From assembly GCF_001194135.2 (NCBI RefSeq), contig NC_068994.1, positions 5,055,649 through 5,106,258 of the forward strand: a stretch of 50,610 bases of DNA. Direction: 5' to 3'. The notes under the pieces are model-generated. The model ran no database searches. It had not been told where the DNA came from and saw only the letters and a program-made list of their open reading frames with translations. This document shows positions 10,170 to 21,267 of the stretch, piece by piece. The stretch comes from Octopus bimaculoides (lineage: Eukaryota). Within the stretch, counting starts at the first letter, position 1; each line of letters starts with the position of its first letter. Both the position numbers and the translations under genes were made by a program.

Positions 10170-10870
10170 CAAATCAGGCCATCTAGCTTTTATTATTCTG
10201 TCAGTCTGAATGTTAAAGTCCCACAACAGCTTATATTTCTTACTTTCTAGTACTTTACTAAGTTCATGATCATACCATTTATCAGTATGTTCAAATCCTA
10301 GCTTTCTACATAACTCTTAGTGGATTACTCTTCCAAGGTTGTCATTTCTTTTCTTGTATTCTTTCTGTGCCAGCATGCTACATTCATTTACCATATGAGT
10401 AACGCTTTCTTCTTTTGATTTACATAGCCTGCATTGGGAATCTACTTGGTTTTTGTCTTTTCTGGTTTTTATATAATTAGTCCTTAATGCTTGATCTTGT
10501 GCTGCTACTAACAAACTTTCTGTCTCCTTTTTCAGCCTTCCTTTCTGCAGCCTTTTAATGCTGGCAATCCTTTTCTTACTTCTTTACTCATTACTTCCTG
10601 CAACTCAGCTAAAATCTTCTGATCTTCCTCACATCAATCACTTAAATCGCTGGTGCCAGTTGTCTCTTGGTAGTGCTATTATTATTTTTTCCTTTACATT
10701 CTTCTTTGGTTCAAGCTGTTTGTTGTTATTTGTCTTCCCTACTGCCTGGTCTTCCTTCCCCAGTTCTCTTTTGTTCTCTTCCACCTCCAATTCTGTCATC
10801 CATTTACTTCTCCTAATAGCATTATCTTGATCTATTAGTCTCTGCTCAGTTACTTTAAACATACCCAAAT
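10011..10870 (-). mobile_element. Decayed non-LTR retrotransposon with restriction-like endonuclease (R4/Dong-type)
   Basis: AAQDQALRTNY..CRLC..ESVTHMVNEC.MLAQKEYKKRND zinc-knuckle, and WDFNIQTDRII.ARWPDLV..IIDFTVP (PD..D) nuclease motif interrupted by a (TAC)n tract at about 10112-10168. Confidence 0.8.
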
Positions 10871-11689
10871 CACTTGCACTTTTGTGTTGGTGCAGTTGTT
10901 TGTTTCATTTTGTTTTTCTCGGGGGAATATTGTATTGCATGATTATGTTTTGTTATGGGGTTTGGTTTCAGTCTTTTGTTGTATTAGTTTTTGTATTGTA
11001 TGTTGTTTGTATAGTGCAGCTTGTGTTCTTCTGTTGGGTATCGAACTTCTATTGCACGTGTGGGCTCTGTTCGTTTTATTGGGTATTTTCTGTATGAGTT
11101 TATTCCCGTATGTTTTTAGGAGGAGTGTTGCATAGTAATATGTGTAAATTATAAATCAACCATTTCATAGTATTCATGGTTATTTGTTTGTCGTTCTGTT
11201 TTTTTTTTATTTTTGGTTAGTTTTCTTATGAGTCTGTCTTTACAGTGTTTACTTTTTGAGAGAGAACACTACCCATGGACATGTGTTGATGTTTCTTTCG
11301 TATTTATAATTATTATTGATATATTAGTGAGCGACAGAGAAAAAAACAGCAATGTGCATATATATGTAGAGGGTTTGTATAGATATGAATGGATGCATAT
11401 GTAGGGAAATTGGCAGAATTGTTAGCAAGCCAGGCAAAATGATTAGCGTGTTTGCATTGACTCTTTACATTCTGGTTTTACCTTTGTCCCAAATCCTTCT
11501 AGGAGGTCAATAAAATAAAGTACCAGTCAAGTACTGGGGTTTATGGTGCTGAATTTTAATTCTTCACAAAATTGTTTGCCTGGGACTAATTTAGAAACAA
11601 TTATTACAGTCATAAGTATAATAATAATTATTTATTTTACATTAAATTAGATTGTTTTGTTTTTTTATTTATATTTGAATAATCAAAAA

Positions 11690-11809
11690 TCAACTGAGCT
11701 CTTTGATGAGTTTAGCCAAATCAACAGGTGTTGGGCCTTTCGACACACCTGATATCTTGATTGATTTTGCTTTCAGCTGCTTCTCAGTACTTGGTCCCAA
11801 TGCCAGCAC
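11690..11809 (-). pseudogene. UROS: Duplicated copy of UROS terminal coding exon (orphan or alternative last exon), distal copy
   Basis: 120 nt, identical to 34937-35056 except one base (GTT to GCT, V to A). Acceptor TTTTCTGTTTCAG, TGA stop and downstream AATAAA are all intact. Confidence 0.9.
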
Positions 11810-11854
11810 CTGAAACAGAAAACCATGGCAACAATTCAATAATTCTCCAAACAC

Positions 11855-12500
11855 ATGACTGAGATTTTGGGGATTCCATTTAGACTTAATGGTTACAATA
11901 ACCGTAAGTTTAACATTCTGGTCCCTTGGCTAGTATATGGCATAAATTCCTTCTGGATGAAGAAAGAAGGCAATCCACTATTCGACGTTTCTATGGAGAG
12001 ATACAACAGGGTTGAGACCGTCGACTTCATCAGGCTATTTATAATGAGTACCCTCAAGAAACGCATGCACACACGTAGATCACCTCTTTACTAGGATGAC
12101 AGCCTGGCAACATAAACGGCCACATCATAGACAAGTTTTGGAAGGATCTGATAAAAATATTAAAAGATTTCAGCCTATCCAGAAAAGTTAACACTAACCT
12201 GACTAGGGTTGGCATCCTTGATGTAACCCTAGTCCTGAAAACGAAGCCCAAGAAGGAAACTGTGTACAACAACAGGAGCTTAAGACTAAGCCCTTCCCCC
12301 ACCGTAATTATAATAGAAACCTAACCTCAGGCGTTACCAGAAGATTATGCAAGCTCTCAGCCAATAAGGAGATATTCAATAGGGTTGCTCTCACTACAAT
12401 GACATACTGGCGAGGAGTAGATTTACCGAGAAGTTAGCATAAATGGAGAACCGATACCCATCCCTTCACTCGAAAAGGACCGTAAAGAGAAATAGTTCAG
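11855..12500 (+). mobile_element. Penelope-like element RT remnant
   Basis: WMKKEGNPLFDVSMERYNRVETVDFIRLFIM..SPLY*DDSL..DLIKILKDF..TNLTRVGILDVTL matches the PLE RT pattern W.KK....FDV.MGSYDGAE.CELVG..GLYRDDGL..DFLDVT. Confidence 0.7.
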
Positions 12501-14134
12501 CCCACTATTTAATCTATAAATTTTCACTAACATAGGATTTTGTTGATTAAGAAGCATTTCCCTATGGAAAAAAAAAACTTTTTCGCACTGAGGTTACGAA
12601 CGGGTCTTTTATAAAATATTTACCGTATTTTGAAAGTCATTTTCACTTTAGAATACTTTAAAAATATGCCAAAAATAATTTTTGTAGTAGTATTCATTTG
12701 AAAATAATCTTAAAAACGTTAAAATATTGTCTGTTTAAGGAAAGCTAAAATATAACAGAAGAACATAATGTAAATAACTTAAAGAATATTTCTAAATGAT
12801 TAAAATATTGTGTCCAATAAAGGCGAAAATACTGTAGGAAAAAAAATCGTATTTTTTCGTTGTCAACTCAGTCTAATAAAAAGATGAAAGTTTTTTCCCT
12901 TTCAGGATGAAACTTATTTTCGGAACATTTTCCCATTATACACTGTTTGGTGGGTATTTATATTCCGAAAATCTCTAATATCTCGAGAACCACTATACTG
13001 ATTTTCGCGAAGCTTGTTTCATTTCGTTCGTATTAACATTTCAAGGTTAGCTTAATTCATAGTATTTTCTCATTATGCGCCAGTTTGGCTCAGTAACATT
13101 GCAAGCAAGTAAGATTCAAACTGACTTTTAATGCATTATTGATAACAATAAACGTGTTTAACCTTTTCTTTGTTTATTATTATCATTTTGAGGTTAAGAT
13201 TATCCGTGAGTAAGTCGCAGGTTGTTTTCAAACCAATAATCAAGAAATTATAGAAATCTGACACGCAAGATTTCTAAATCCAGTAGTTATAAGAGTATCA
13301 TAAATGTAACAAGAGTGCTCTCCCTTCGTTTACTTTGAAATTTACGAGAAGGCATGTGATAGAAGGCCTTTTCTAATTTCTTTTCTTCTAAGAATTTACT
13401 TATCGAGAAGAGTGACAAGTATTAAATTTCTTAACTAATTCTTCAAACTACTCTAGGAAGAACTTAGGTAAGCGACTTAAGGTCGTGATGGAGAATATAG
13501 AAAATGCAATGCTTATTTAATGAGTGTGAAACATAATTCATTACTACAAGACATACAAATGCGAGTGACAAAGCCTCCGGCAGCAGCTTAAATGTCACTA
13601 AAAAAAATATCGGGAATCCTGGGTTTAAATAAGCTACTTTGGACATTACTAAAAGCGTCCAGGAACTAAATTTCAGAACAACTTTTGGTCTATATTTTAT
13701 TAGCAGAAGAACATAATGTAAATAACAATTTAGATAAGTAAAAAAGAAATATATGATAAATTAATTTAACAATAATAACCTCTCATACAACTCATAATAT
13801 TTAGAAACTCAATAATAAATTGTTATAGTAGCATATTACTCGTACAAGTAGAAAATTTTGGGGCGCTGGAAAACCTCTCTAATGGCTCTTGAGGCACGCC
13901 AGCATACTTGCAGTGTTGCCACGGGTGATGGCGAGGCTGATGCGCTGTAACAAATAAGCGCCATCACAAGCTTCAGCAGTTACCTCTGGTTTCGGCTAAT
14001 ATTTTAAGCCTATAAAAAGAATCTTTTTAAATAGACTTTTTCTAAACTTGTATTTTAACGTGAAAAGAAAATATTCACAGAACAACTCTAGTTGATTTCC
14101 GTTCAAAATATACCTGCTACAAAGCTTTTTACTA

Positions 14135-14356
14135 CACATGCATTCGTAGGTGTACTTGTGTAGTAACGAAATTCACCAACAAACATTTCCGTTTTTACCC
14201 ACTTACAACACTGAATGTCAAAACATACGCAGAACACGATGTCTGGAACAGCAGTTGTTGAATACAACTATAATTCAGCGAAGTTTTAGGGAACTTGTGG
14301 AGAGTTTTGAAAGTCTCACTATACAAAGAATCATTGGTCACCCTTTGATTCTGTAG
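14135..14356 (+). pseudogene. Truncated, frameshifted third copy of the plus-type CARD-DD gene (5' flank plus start of CARD)
   Basis: 14135-14241 aligns with 6290-6396 (TGCAT.CG.AG..GTA..TGTGTA; TACCCAC.TA.AACACTG; CACGATG). It then reads QQLLNTTIIQRSFRELVESFESLTIQRIIGH vs QQFRNSIKIQQCREDLVKGLDDVTIQNILDR. A 2-nt deletion follows ATG 14239, and the copy is cut by the Gypsy LTR at 14357. Confidence 0.75.
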
Positions 14357-14415
14357 TGTTATGAGCCAGGCTGTGTTGTAGAGAAGGACTGGAAGTGGGG
14401 ACTGTGGATCCCACA
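14357..14415 (+). repeat. 5' LTR segment shared with the 3' end
   Basis: TGTTATGAGCCAGGCTGTGTTGTAGAGAAGGACTGGAAGTG.. matches 18237-18314. Confidence 0.75.
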
Positions 14416-17400
14416 AGAACGGCCGAGGTGGGTATGCGGCGTCGGCGGAATGTGAGCAGTAAGTTGGCAGTGGACAGCGTACGGGAGCAGACCTGTTAGA
14501 TGGTGCGGCGACAGACAGAGCACGAGGACATTATGAGTGACCCCTCCCAGATCGACAGGTAAGACTGGTGCAGTTCTCTCTGCTTCTGTCTTTTCCTCCT
14601 TCACATCACAAGCTATTTCGGCTCAAAAAAAAAAAAAAAAGAAAGAAAAGAAAAGAAAAACGATTGGTATGGTCCATGTTTCGAACGAGACGGTTAGGCC
14701 ATTTTGCAGCGAAGGAGACATCGCCGATTGGTTGAAAAAAAATTATGTTGGTGGCAAGACTCCACGGTATAGATGACCTAGCGAGTTTCATTCCGTTGTA
14801 CCTCGATAGATCGACGTTGGCACTGTACCTGGAAATGGAGAAGGACCAGTTAAGCGCAGAAAAAATAGAAGTCCGGCTGATAGAGGCTTTTACGGAAGGG
14901 CCATTTATGGCATATGGTTCACTGGCAAAAGCGAAGTGGACGGGTGAAGAGGTCGATGTGTTTGCCAACGAAATCAGGAGATTGGCCAAACTTGCGAGAT
15001 ACAAAAAAATGAAGCGTTGGAACAAACAGTTAAATTAGCCTTTGTGACAGGATTCCCTGACCGCATGTCGGTCGAACTGCAAAAGCTACCGAATATTCAC
15101 TCCATGGCGATGGGAGAGGTAATATCTTGGGCCAGAGTCCTAGCCTCATGTTGCAGGACGACACCTTTAGCAGCGACTACAACAACGAGAAGGGGTCAGA
15201 CAAAGAGCGGCGTAGAAGGGTCGAACAAGGAACGTGTGCAACCCTTTAAAGGGTAGTTTTTTCTGTGTCATGGTGAGAGATTGCAAGGAACCCAGGCTTG
15301 GAGTAATTTGCTATCGATACACACAAACAAGCCACATCGCTAGTGAGTGCGTCCAGGGAAACAGTCTAAGGAAGACTACTGCGCCGGTAGTCGTCCCGTT
15401 GAAACAATAGAAGCGCGTATACGGTCGTTGCCAGTAGTGGACGTCGTGATGAACGGAAAGGTGTCAAGAGCCCTTGTGTACACGGGCTGCTCAACAACCC
15501 TAATGATTCCGGAGGAGGAGGTAGAGGAATGCAGTGGAGTGAGTAGTGTAAGGGCTGTTGACGGTACGGAAGTTGAACGCAGAGGAAATAGCGACATGAA
15601 GATGGTGGTACGAGGAACGAGATTGAGGTTCTGTATGATCGTGATCGAACGCGTGGTGGGCGGAATCGATGTGGTGATTGGGATGGACGCCATTGTTCGT
15701 TTGGGAGATGTTATGGTCAATGAAGCCGGTGTAACGTTCGGTGATGCGGTGGCGCTATGCGCCGTGAGTCCGTGACAGGAGAGTGGTGAGAGCTACGGAG
15801 AAAAATATGCTGCACACACCATTACAGACAAGGATTTTCGGGCTGTGTTGGACAGCCGGCAGTGGACAATGGAATGGTACTGGAAGGGAGATTCTCCGAC
15901 GTTGAAAAATGCAGTAGGCTGCTATCAGCATACCCTGGAAGGAGTTCGAGTAAGAGGTAGAATGGTGGATCAAGGAAGGAATTCTGGTCCTTTGGAAGGA
16001 GGAAGTAGGGAGTGATGTGCTACCACTGATGGCAGTGATGCAGCCGACGAAGCATAGAGTCAGGCCAGTATTAGATTTCCGAGGGCTAAACAACCACGTA
16101 TTGTGCCATACGAGCGGCGAAGCCACGGACATTTGCAGTGAAACCTTGAGAGAGTAGTGCAGATGACGGGCCTCCACAATCGTCAATTTGAAGTCGGCAT
16201 ACCTGCAGCTGCATGTGGCTGAGAGATTGTGGAGATATCAGCTAGTAAGGTACATGGGCCGGACATACTGCCTGACCAGGTTAGGATTCGGGCTGAATTC
16301 ATCACTGAAGAATATGGCGACGATTCTCAAAACCATCTTGGGAAAGGCGGACAAAGTGAAAAGAGCCACCAATTCCTATGTTGGTGACATCCCGGTGGAC
16401 GAGAGCATAATGTCGGTAAAGGAGGTCATAAGCCACCTGAAGAGTTTTGGGCTAACTGCTAAACCGTCGGAGGCGATGGAAGGAGAAACTGCACTGGGAC
16501 TCAAGCTACGGAGAGACAAGGCCGGCGCGTTGGTGTTTTGGAGAAGGAATGAGATCCCAGAACTGGACTCCAAGACGAGTAGGGGAGAACTGTGACACTA
16601 CCCGATTGCAGGATGGCACCGGACAGCATGCAGCTTCATAAAGAAGTGAGGTGGAGTGATAACGTGGGCAAAAAGACAACCGCCATGATGCAAGAAGTAT
16701 TGGAAAGAGTGACTGCGGAGGACCCAGTATGAGGAAACTGGTATGTGCCCAAATCGAAGAATGGGATCGTGTGATGTGTGCCAGCAGCATAGCAGCGAAA
16801 GATGTCATGGAAATTGGAGGTGTCGTGGTGGAGGATGTGGACTGGCTTAGGAAGAAGGACGATTGCAACCACCAACGTGGCGGAGCTGGATGCCGTGTTG
16901 ATGGCGCTGAACCTAGCCCTTATGTGGGGACTGCGTACAATCGAGATCCGGCCCGATTTGGCCACTGTATTGAGATGGGTGGGATCAGTGGACACCGGCG
17001 AGCGGAGGGTGCGAACTAAAGGCGGCACGGAGATGCTGATAAAACGCCGTTTGGGAATTCTGGGCGAGCTAGCTGCCGAGTTTGGTTTTTGTGCACTCTG
17101 AGACGAATAGAGCGGACGTCCTGACCAGAGTAAAGAAAGCCTGGTTGCAGGTTCCGGAGGATCTTGGGCAAGGAGTGGCTGCAGTATGTCGACTTAGTGA
17201 CTCGGAGCTGAGGAGACTGCATACCAGGCATCACATAGAGGTGGACAGGACCCTGTTCCTATCCAGGAAAGTTGACTCTGACGTGACTAGGCAGTGTGCA
17301 AAGAGTAGTTGGGAGCTGCGACAGGTGCCCGTTCATTGACCCCGCTCCGGGTGTGCAGGAGACAGGAAGCATTCCAGTGGAACACGACTGGCAGAGGACG

Positions 17401-18236
17401 TGACGCATTACCGGCAGGGGTCATACCTCTCGATGGTCGACTGCAGATCGGGGCGGTTGGCCATATGAAGGGAGATGAAGACGGGGACCGCGGAGGAAAT
17501 CACAAGAATACTAAATGAGATATTCCTAGAACGAGTGCCCGTGGATGAGCTGCTTGCGGACAATGGCACTGCGTTTCGCTCGGAGGTGCTGGGGGAAATG
17601 CTCAACAAGTAGCTTGTTAGCCGTTTCTTCAGGGTGGCATACCGGCCAAGTGGCAATGGGGTTGTGGAGAGGCATCATCGTACCATCAAGACCATAGCAG
17701 AGAGGGGCCATATCTCACTAGTCGAGGCTGTTTTTTTTTTTGTATAATGTTTCGCCCAGGACAGGACAGGCTGAGGTATCAGTGCCACACGGGGCAATAT
17801 TCAAGTATGAGTGGAGACATCCATGTACCGCACCGCCGCAACCCACGGAAGAGAAAGAGCATGCTTTTGTGCAGGTCGGGGAAGAAGTCTGCGTTAAACC
17901 CCCAGATGCGCGGTGCACATCACAGTGGGGAAAGAGGATTATAACCTTTTTAAATTCGAGGAACAATGTGTCCGTAGATAGCATGCCACGTAATGTTTTG
18001 GATGTGCACAGGATCATCACTGCGACGGAGGATGGAGCCAACAGTAATGGACAAGAGGACGAAGCCGGCAGCAACATGCCAGGAACTGAGGTCAGTCCTG
18101 AAGTCCCACAGCAGTCACAGAGGGAGCGGTTCCCTCCTCACTGGTTGGCTGATTACGGGACAAGGCGTGTGGTCAGAGTTGAAGAGAGAGTGTGGGCAGG
18201 TTAGTTGAATGATCTTCAGATCAGTGGGGCGAGTAT

Positions 18237-18314
18237 TGTAATGAAGCAGGCTGTGTTGTAGGGAAGGACTGGAAGTGAGGGAGTAGGCATGTCCTGTGGG
18301 TCCTGTGGGTCCCA
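18237..18314 (+). repeat. 3' LTR segment (probably truncated)
   Basis: TGTAATGAAGCAGGCTGTGTTGTAGGGAAGGACTGGAAGTG..CCCA. No target-site duplication visible. Confidence 0.7.
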
Positions 18315-19259
18315 CCGGAAAGCAGTTCAGAATTTTACAAGAAGATTAGAAAGATTAACTAGTTAAGATTTCACTTCTTTCGTGATATTTACACTGTTTT
18401 ATCAGAGGAAGAAAGCCAGCGCAAATTAATGGCAACAAGTTTTCTCCAGATTGAAGCCCATGTCTGAATGCATACAACAGAGAAAGAGAGAGGGGGCTCC
18501 GTCAAAAACACCGACTGGTCAGATATTAAACTGACCGATGGATTAAGATTACATTCTGAGAGATGTCTAATCGAAACTGACAATTCTATCATTCTTGAAT
18601 TGAATTTTCTATACGATGTGTGCCTCACACAGCTATGTTGGCCTTATATGCTTGAATATAACAGAATTTGTTTCCTTTTATTAATTGTTTTTTAATAGGA
18701 AAGTTCCAAAAGTGATCTTTTTTTAAATATAAGAGATGAATGTAATCGATGGTAGGACCATGTTTGATATTTTATGAACCAATTAAAAATATTAGTCTGA
18801 ATCCAACATTATTAAACTTAAGCATCACATACGCACACGCAAAAATTCACACAAATCCACTACGACAAAAAATATCTAATATGGATGTGATCGTTTTTTT
18901 TTGGTATATGAAAATTAAAAGACTTTGTAGCATGTTTGTATTAGCTTAAATTAAGATATACATTTTTGGACTTCAGTGTAGGTTCAGGCGACACTGTCAG
19001 TTGGCAGCTTTACTCAGTCTGTGATTGGCTGAATTAACTAGCTTCCTCGCACAGGCGTTCTCTGCTATGTCCGATTGTCACTTACATAATGTGTCTGCCG
19101 CCCAGAGTCAATCGAATTCCTTTCAGTTCCTGGTCTCGCGTTCTTAAAGGGCTCCTGGCAAGCACAAGAACATTTTTCTTCCACTTGCACCAGCAGAATA
19201 GACTAAACTCAATGTCGTTATCTTCATGCTATTTAGAAACACTTGTATCAAGTCTTCTT

Positions 19260-20300
19260 TCTATATATACAAAGCACAACTAATGTCTCCACGCTTTAAT
19301 TCATTTACTGCAAAGACACCAGAGACATTTCTATTAAACACTACACATCTCCAAACAGAATTCTATGCAATGCAATTCATGTATAACTCACTATTACAAT
19401 AAACTTTATAATCTTAAAGTGACTTGTCATTGTGTATCAACGAATACAGTAATGGCGTCTGTTTTCCACCACGGCTATCAACATCTACCGTCGACATGGT
19501 CATCTTCAACCGACAAACATGGAGACAACCTTTGACGAACTAATAACCAACGGACTACGTTAAGGCGGTGGTATGAAGAAACTGCCACACTGATGACCTT
19601 CAGCGAACCATTCTATCAATACAGCAAACCCCATTCTTCACCGAAGCGGTGAAACCATAATCTCTTCGCTACAACCTGTTACACGAGATGTTGTTTCTGT
19701 GTAAACATTAAACGCAGTCCCAGACGTTCCGCATTTTCGAAATATAAAACTGATATTTGTTCTTAATTACATTGCTCTTGTTTAAAGATAGGAGGCGATT
19801 AAACTTCTCAAAGAATACATCTCTTTTGTTCTATATGGAAAAACTGATATTTTATAATCGTTTTCTCGTTACATCTCGTTATATCTACTCCTCGTTGAGT
19901 TAATACATCAGGTGGAATTTTGTTTTTGTACACTAAATACATTTATTTTGGTTGGTCTACCCTAATACACTTATTTCCCCCCATCTAATCTACCTAATTA
20001 TTTAGTCCAAAGAGAAGAGGTGATGTCCATAACGTCTACATTCGCCTGACGATGTGGATCTTGATTTTAGAAGATAAAATGAGGACACAAAATGTAGTAG
20101 TCGTGCAAGTCGACTGTTAATTACGCGAATTAGTAGATAAGAGAGAGTAGTAGTAGTGGTAGTAAGAAAGAGAAACGAGAGAAGAATTTGCGACTCGCTC
20201 TCCTTCAAATGCCATAAATAATACGACTATAGGACGGGGTACAAATACTTCCTGCTTTCCGTGAGGTATATGACTCCAGGCGACAGCTATTCTTATATAT
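19260..20300 (-). other. Inverted orphan copy of the CARD-DD pair intergenic/promoter region
   Basis: The reverse complement of 19800-20040 matches 5395-5650 (e.g. GTATTTAGTGTACAA.AACAAAATTCCACCTG). 20250-20295 matches the reverse complement of 27570-27610 (GTGAGGTATATGACT.CA.G.GACAGC.ATTC.TA). No CDS follows on either side. Confidence 0.75.
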
Positions 20301-20459
20301 AAGCTTGCTTTATGGGTCACTGTCGCTTGATGTTAGCTGCGTGTCATTCCATAACGAAGCAAGAGAATAAAGAATTGAAATAAATTCATTTGTTATTCAG
20401 GTAACTACAATATCTAGATTTAAACACGGAAGTTTTCTAGGCAGTCAACATAGGCATAT

Positions 20460-20610
20460 GGTCCCGGGGACCAAGAATCCTGGAAAGTCTCAGTAATGTC
20501 TCATGTGTCAAGAACCTGGAGGGTCTCAGGGATACGGTCCTGGGGGCCAAATGCTGAGTCTCAGGGATAAGGTCTCGGGGACCAAATATGTCGAGCGTCT
20601 CAGGGACATG
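20460..20610. repeat. Degenerate GC-rich minisatellite (about 30-35 bp unit)
   Basis: Recurring GTCTCAGGGA(TA/CA) and GGGGACCAA(AT) motifs. Confidence 0.6.
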
Positions 20611-20614
20611 GGGT

Positions 20615-20883
20615 TAGTGAGAAAGAGAGACTGAGTGGGCTGGGTAGAGGGGACCGGGAACTATGAATTGTATAAGGGTGAAAATGGAGAGATTGGTTTG
20701 AAAGAGATAGAGAGATGAGGGGAGTGAGGAGCTAAAGAACTTGAGTGGACATGTGTCTGTGAAAGAATGATGAGGGGGAGGCCAGAGAAAGAGAGAGAGA
20801 GGAAGTTGAGAGGGTGTGTGAGGCAGCAGAGAAGCTGTGGGGAGTTAATAGAATGTTCGGTGTTGAATTTAGGGTCCATAAAT
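20615..20883. repeat. Purine-rich interspersed repeat (probable LINE fragment); near-identical copy at 30320-30581
   Basis: Both copies read ..GAACTATGAATTGTATAAGGGTGAAAATGGAGAG..GAATTTAGGGTCCATAAAT in the same orientation. Confidence 0.85.
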
Positions 20884-21267
20884 CGTTCGTGCGTTTGTCA
20901 CCAAAATAAAAACAAAATAAAAGGGTTATAGGTGTAAAAACGTATATTAAATGAATATGGAAACAAACATTAGCACCAACGAGAGGGCTTTCAGAAAATT
21001 CACATGATCCGACTTTTTCCCTCATAACTTTTAGGAAAATAGACAGATTTTAATGAAATTTTATATAAATACCTTTCAAAAGGCATAGAATATGATTATA
21101 ATGAAATTAGTGGGTGAAAGTTTTTCCAAGTGGGTAGGCAGAAGACTTTTGAAGAGAAAGAAATTCATAAACTATTTTTTTGCTTGAGTGAAATGGAAAA
21201 AAGTTTGAAAAATAATTTTTTAGATTCATTTATATATATTATATATATATATACACACACACACACA

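Larger units (their letters stand above)
14357..18314 (+). mobile_element. Decayed Ty3/Gypsy LTR retrotransposon (gag-PR-RT-RH-IN)
   Basis: gag from about 14669. Protease ALVYTGCST (catalytic D to Y). RT motifs RPVLDFRGLN, CLTRLGFGLNS and YVGDI (YxDD broken). Integrase DNGTAFRS. PR-RT-RH-IN order with many stops and frameshifts. Polypurine-like AGTGGGGCGAGTA precedes the 3' LTR. Confidence 0.9.

Noticed and set aside
15347-17720. Active Gypsy pol or a domesticated retroviral gene
   Set aside because: Protease D and RT YxDD are mutated, with multiple stops and frameshifts.
18315-18695. Possible continuation of the CARD pseudogene after the Gypsy (MHT and ETDNS words in ORF 18468-18695)
   Set aside because: Spacing of the words does not match the intact proteins, and they resemble the other gene type. 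Treated as chance.
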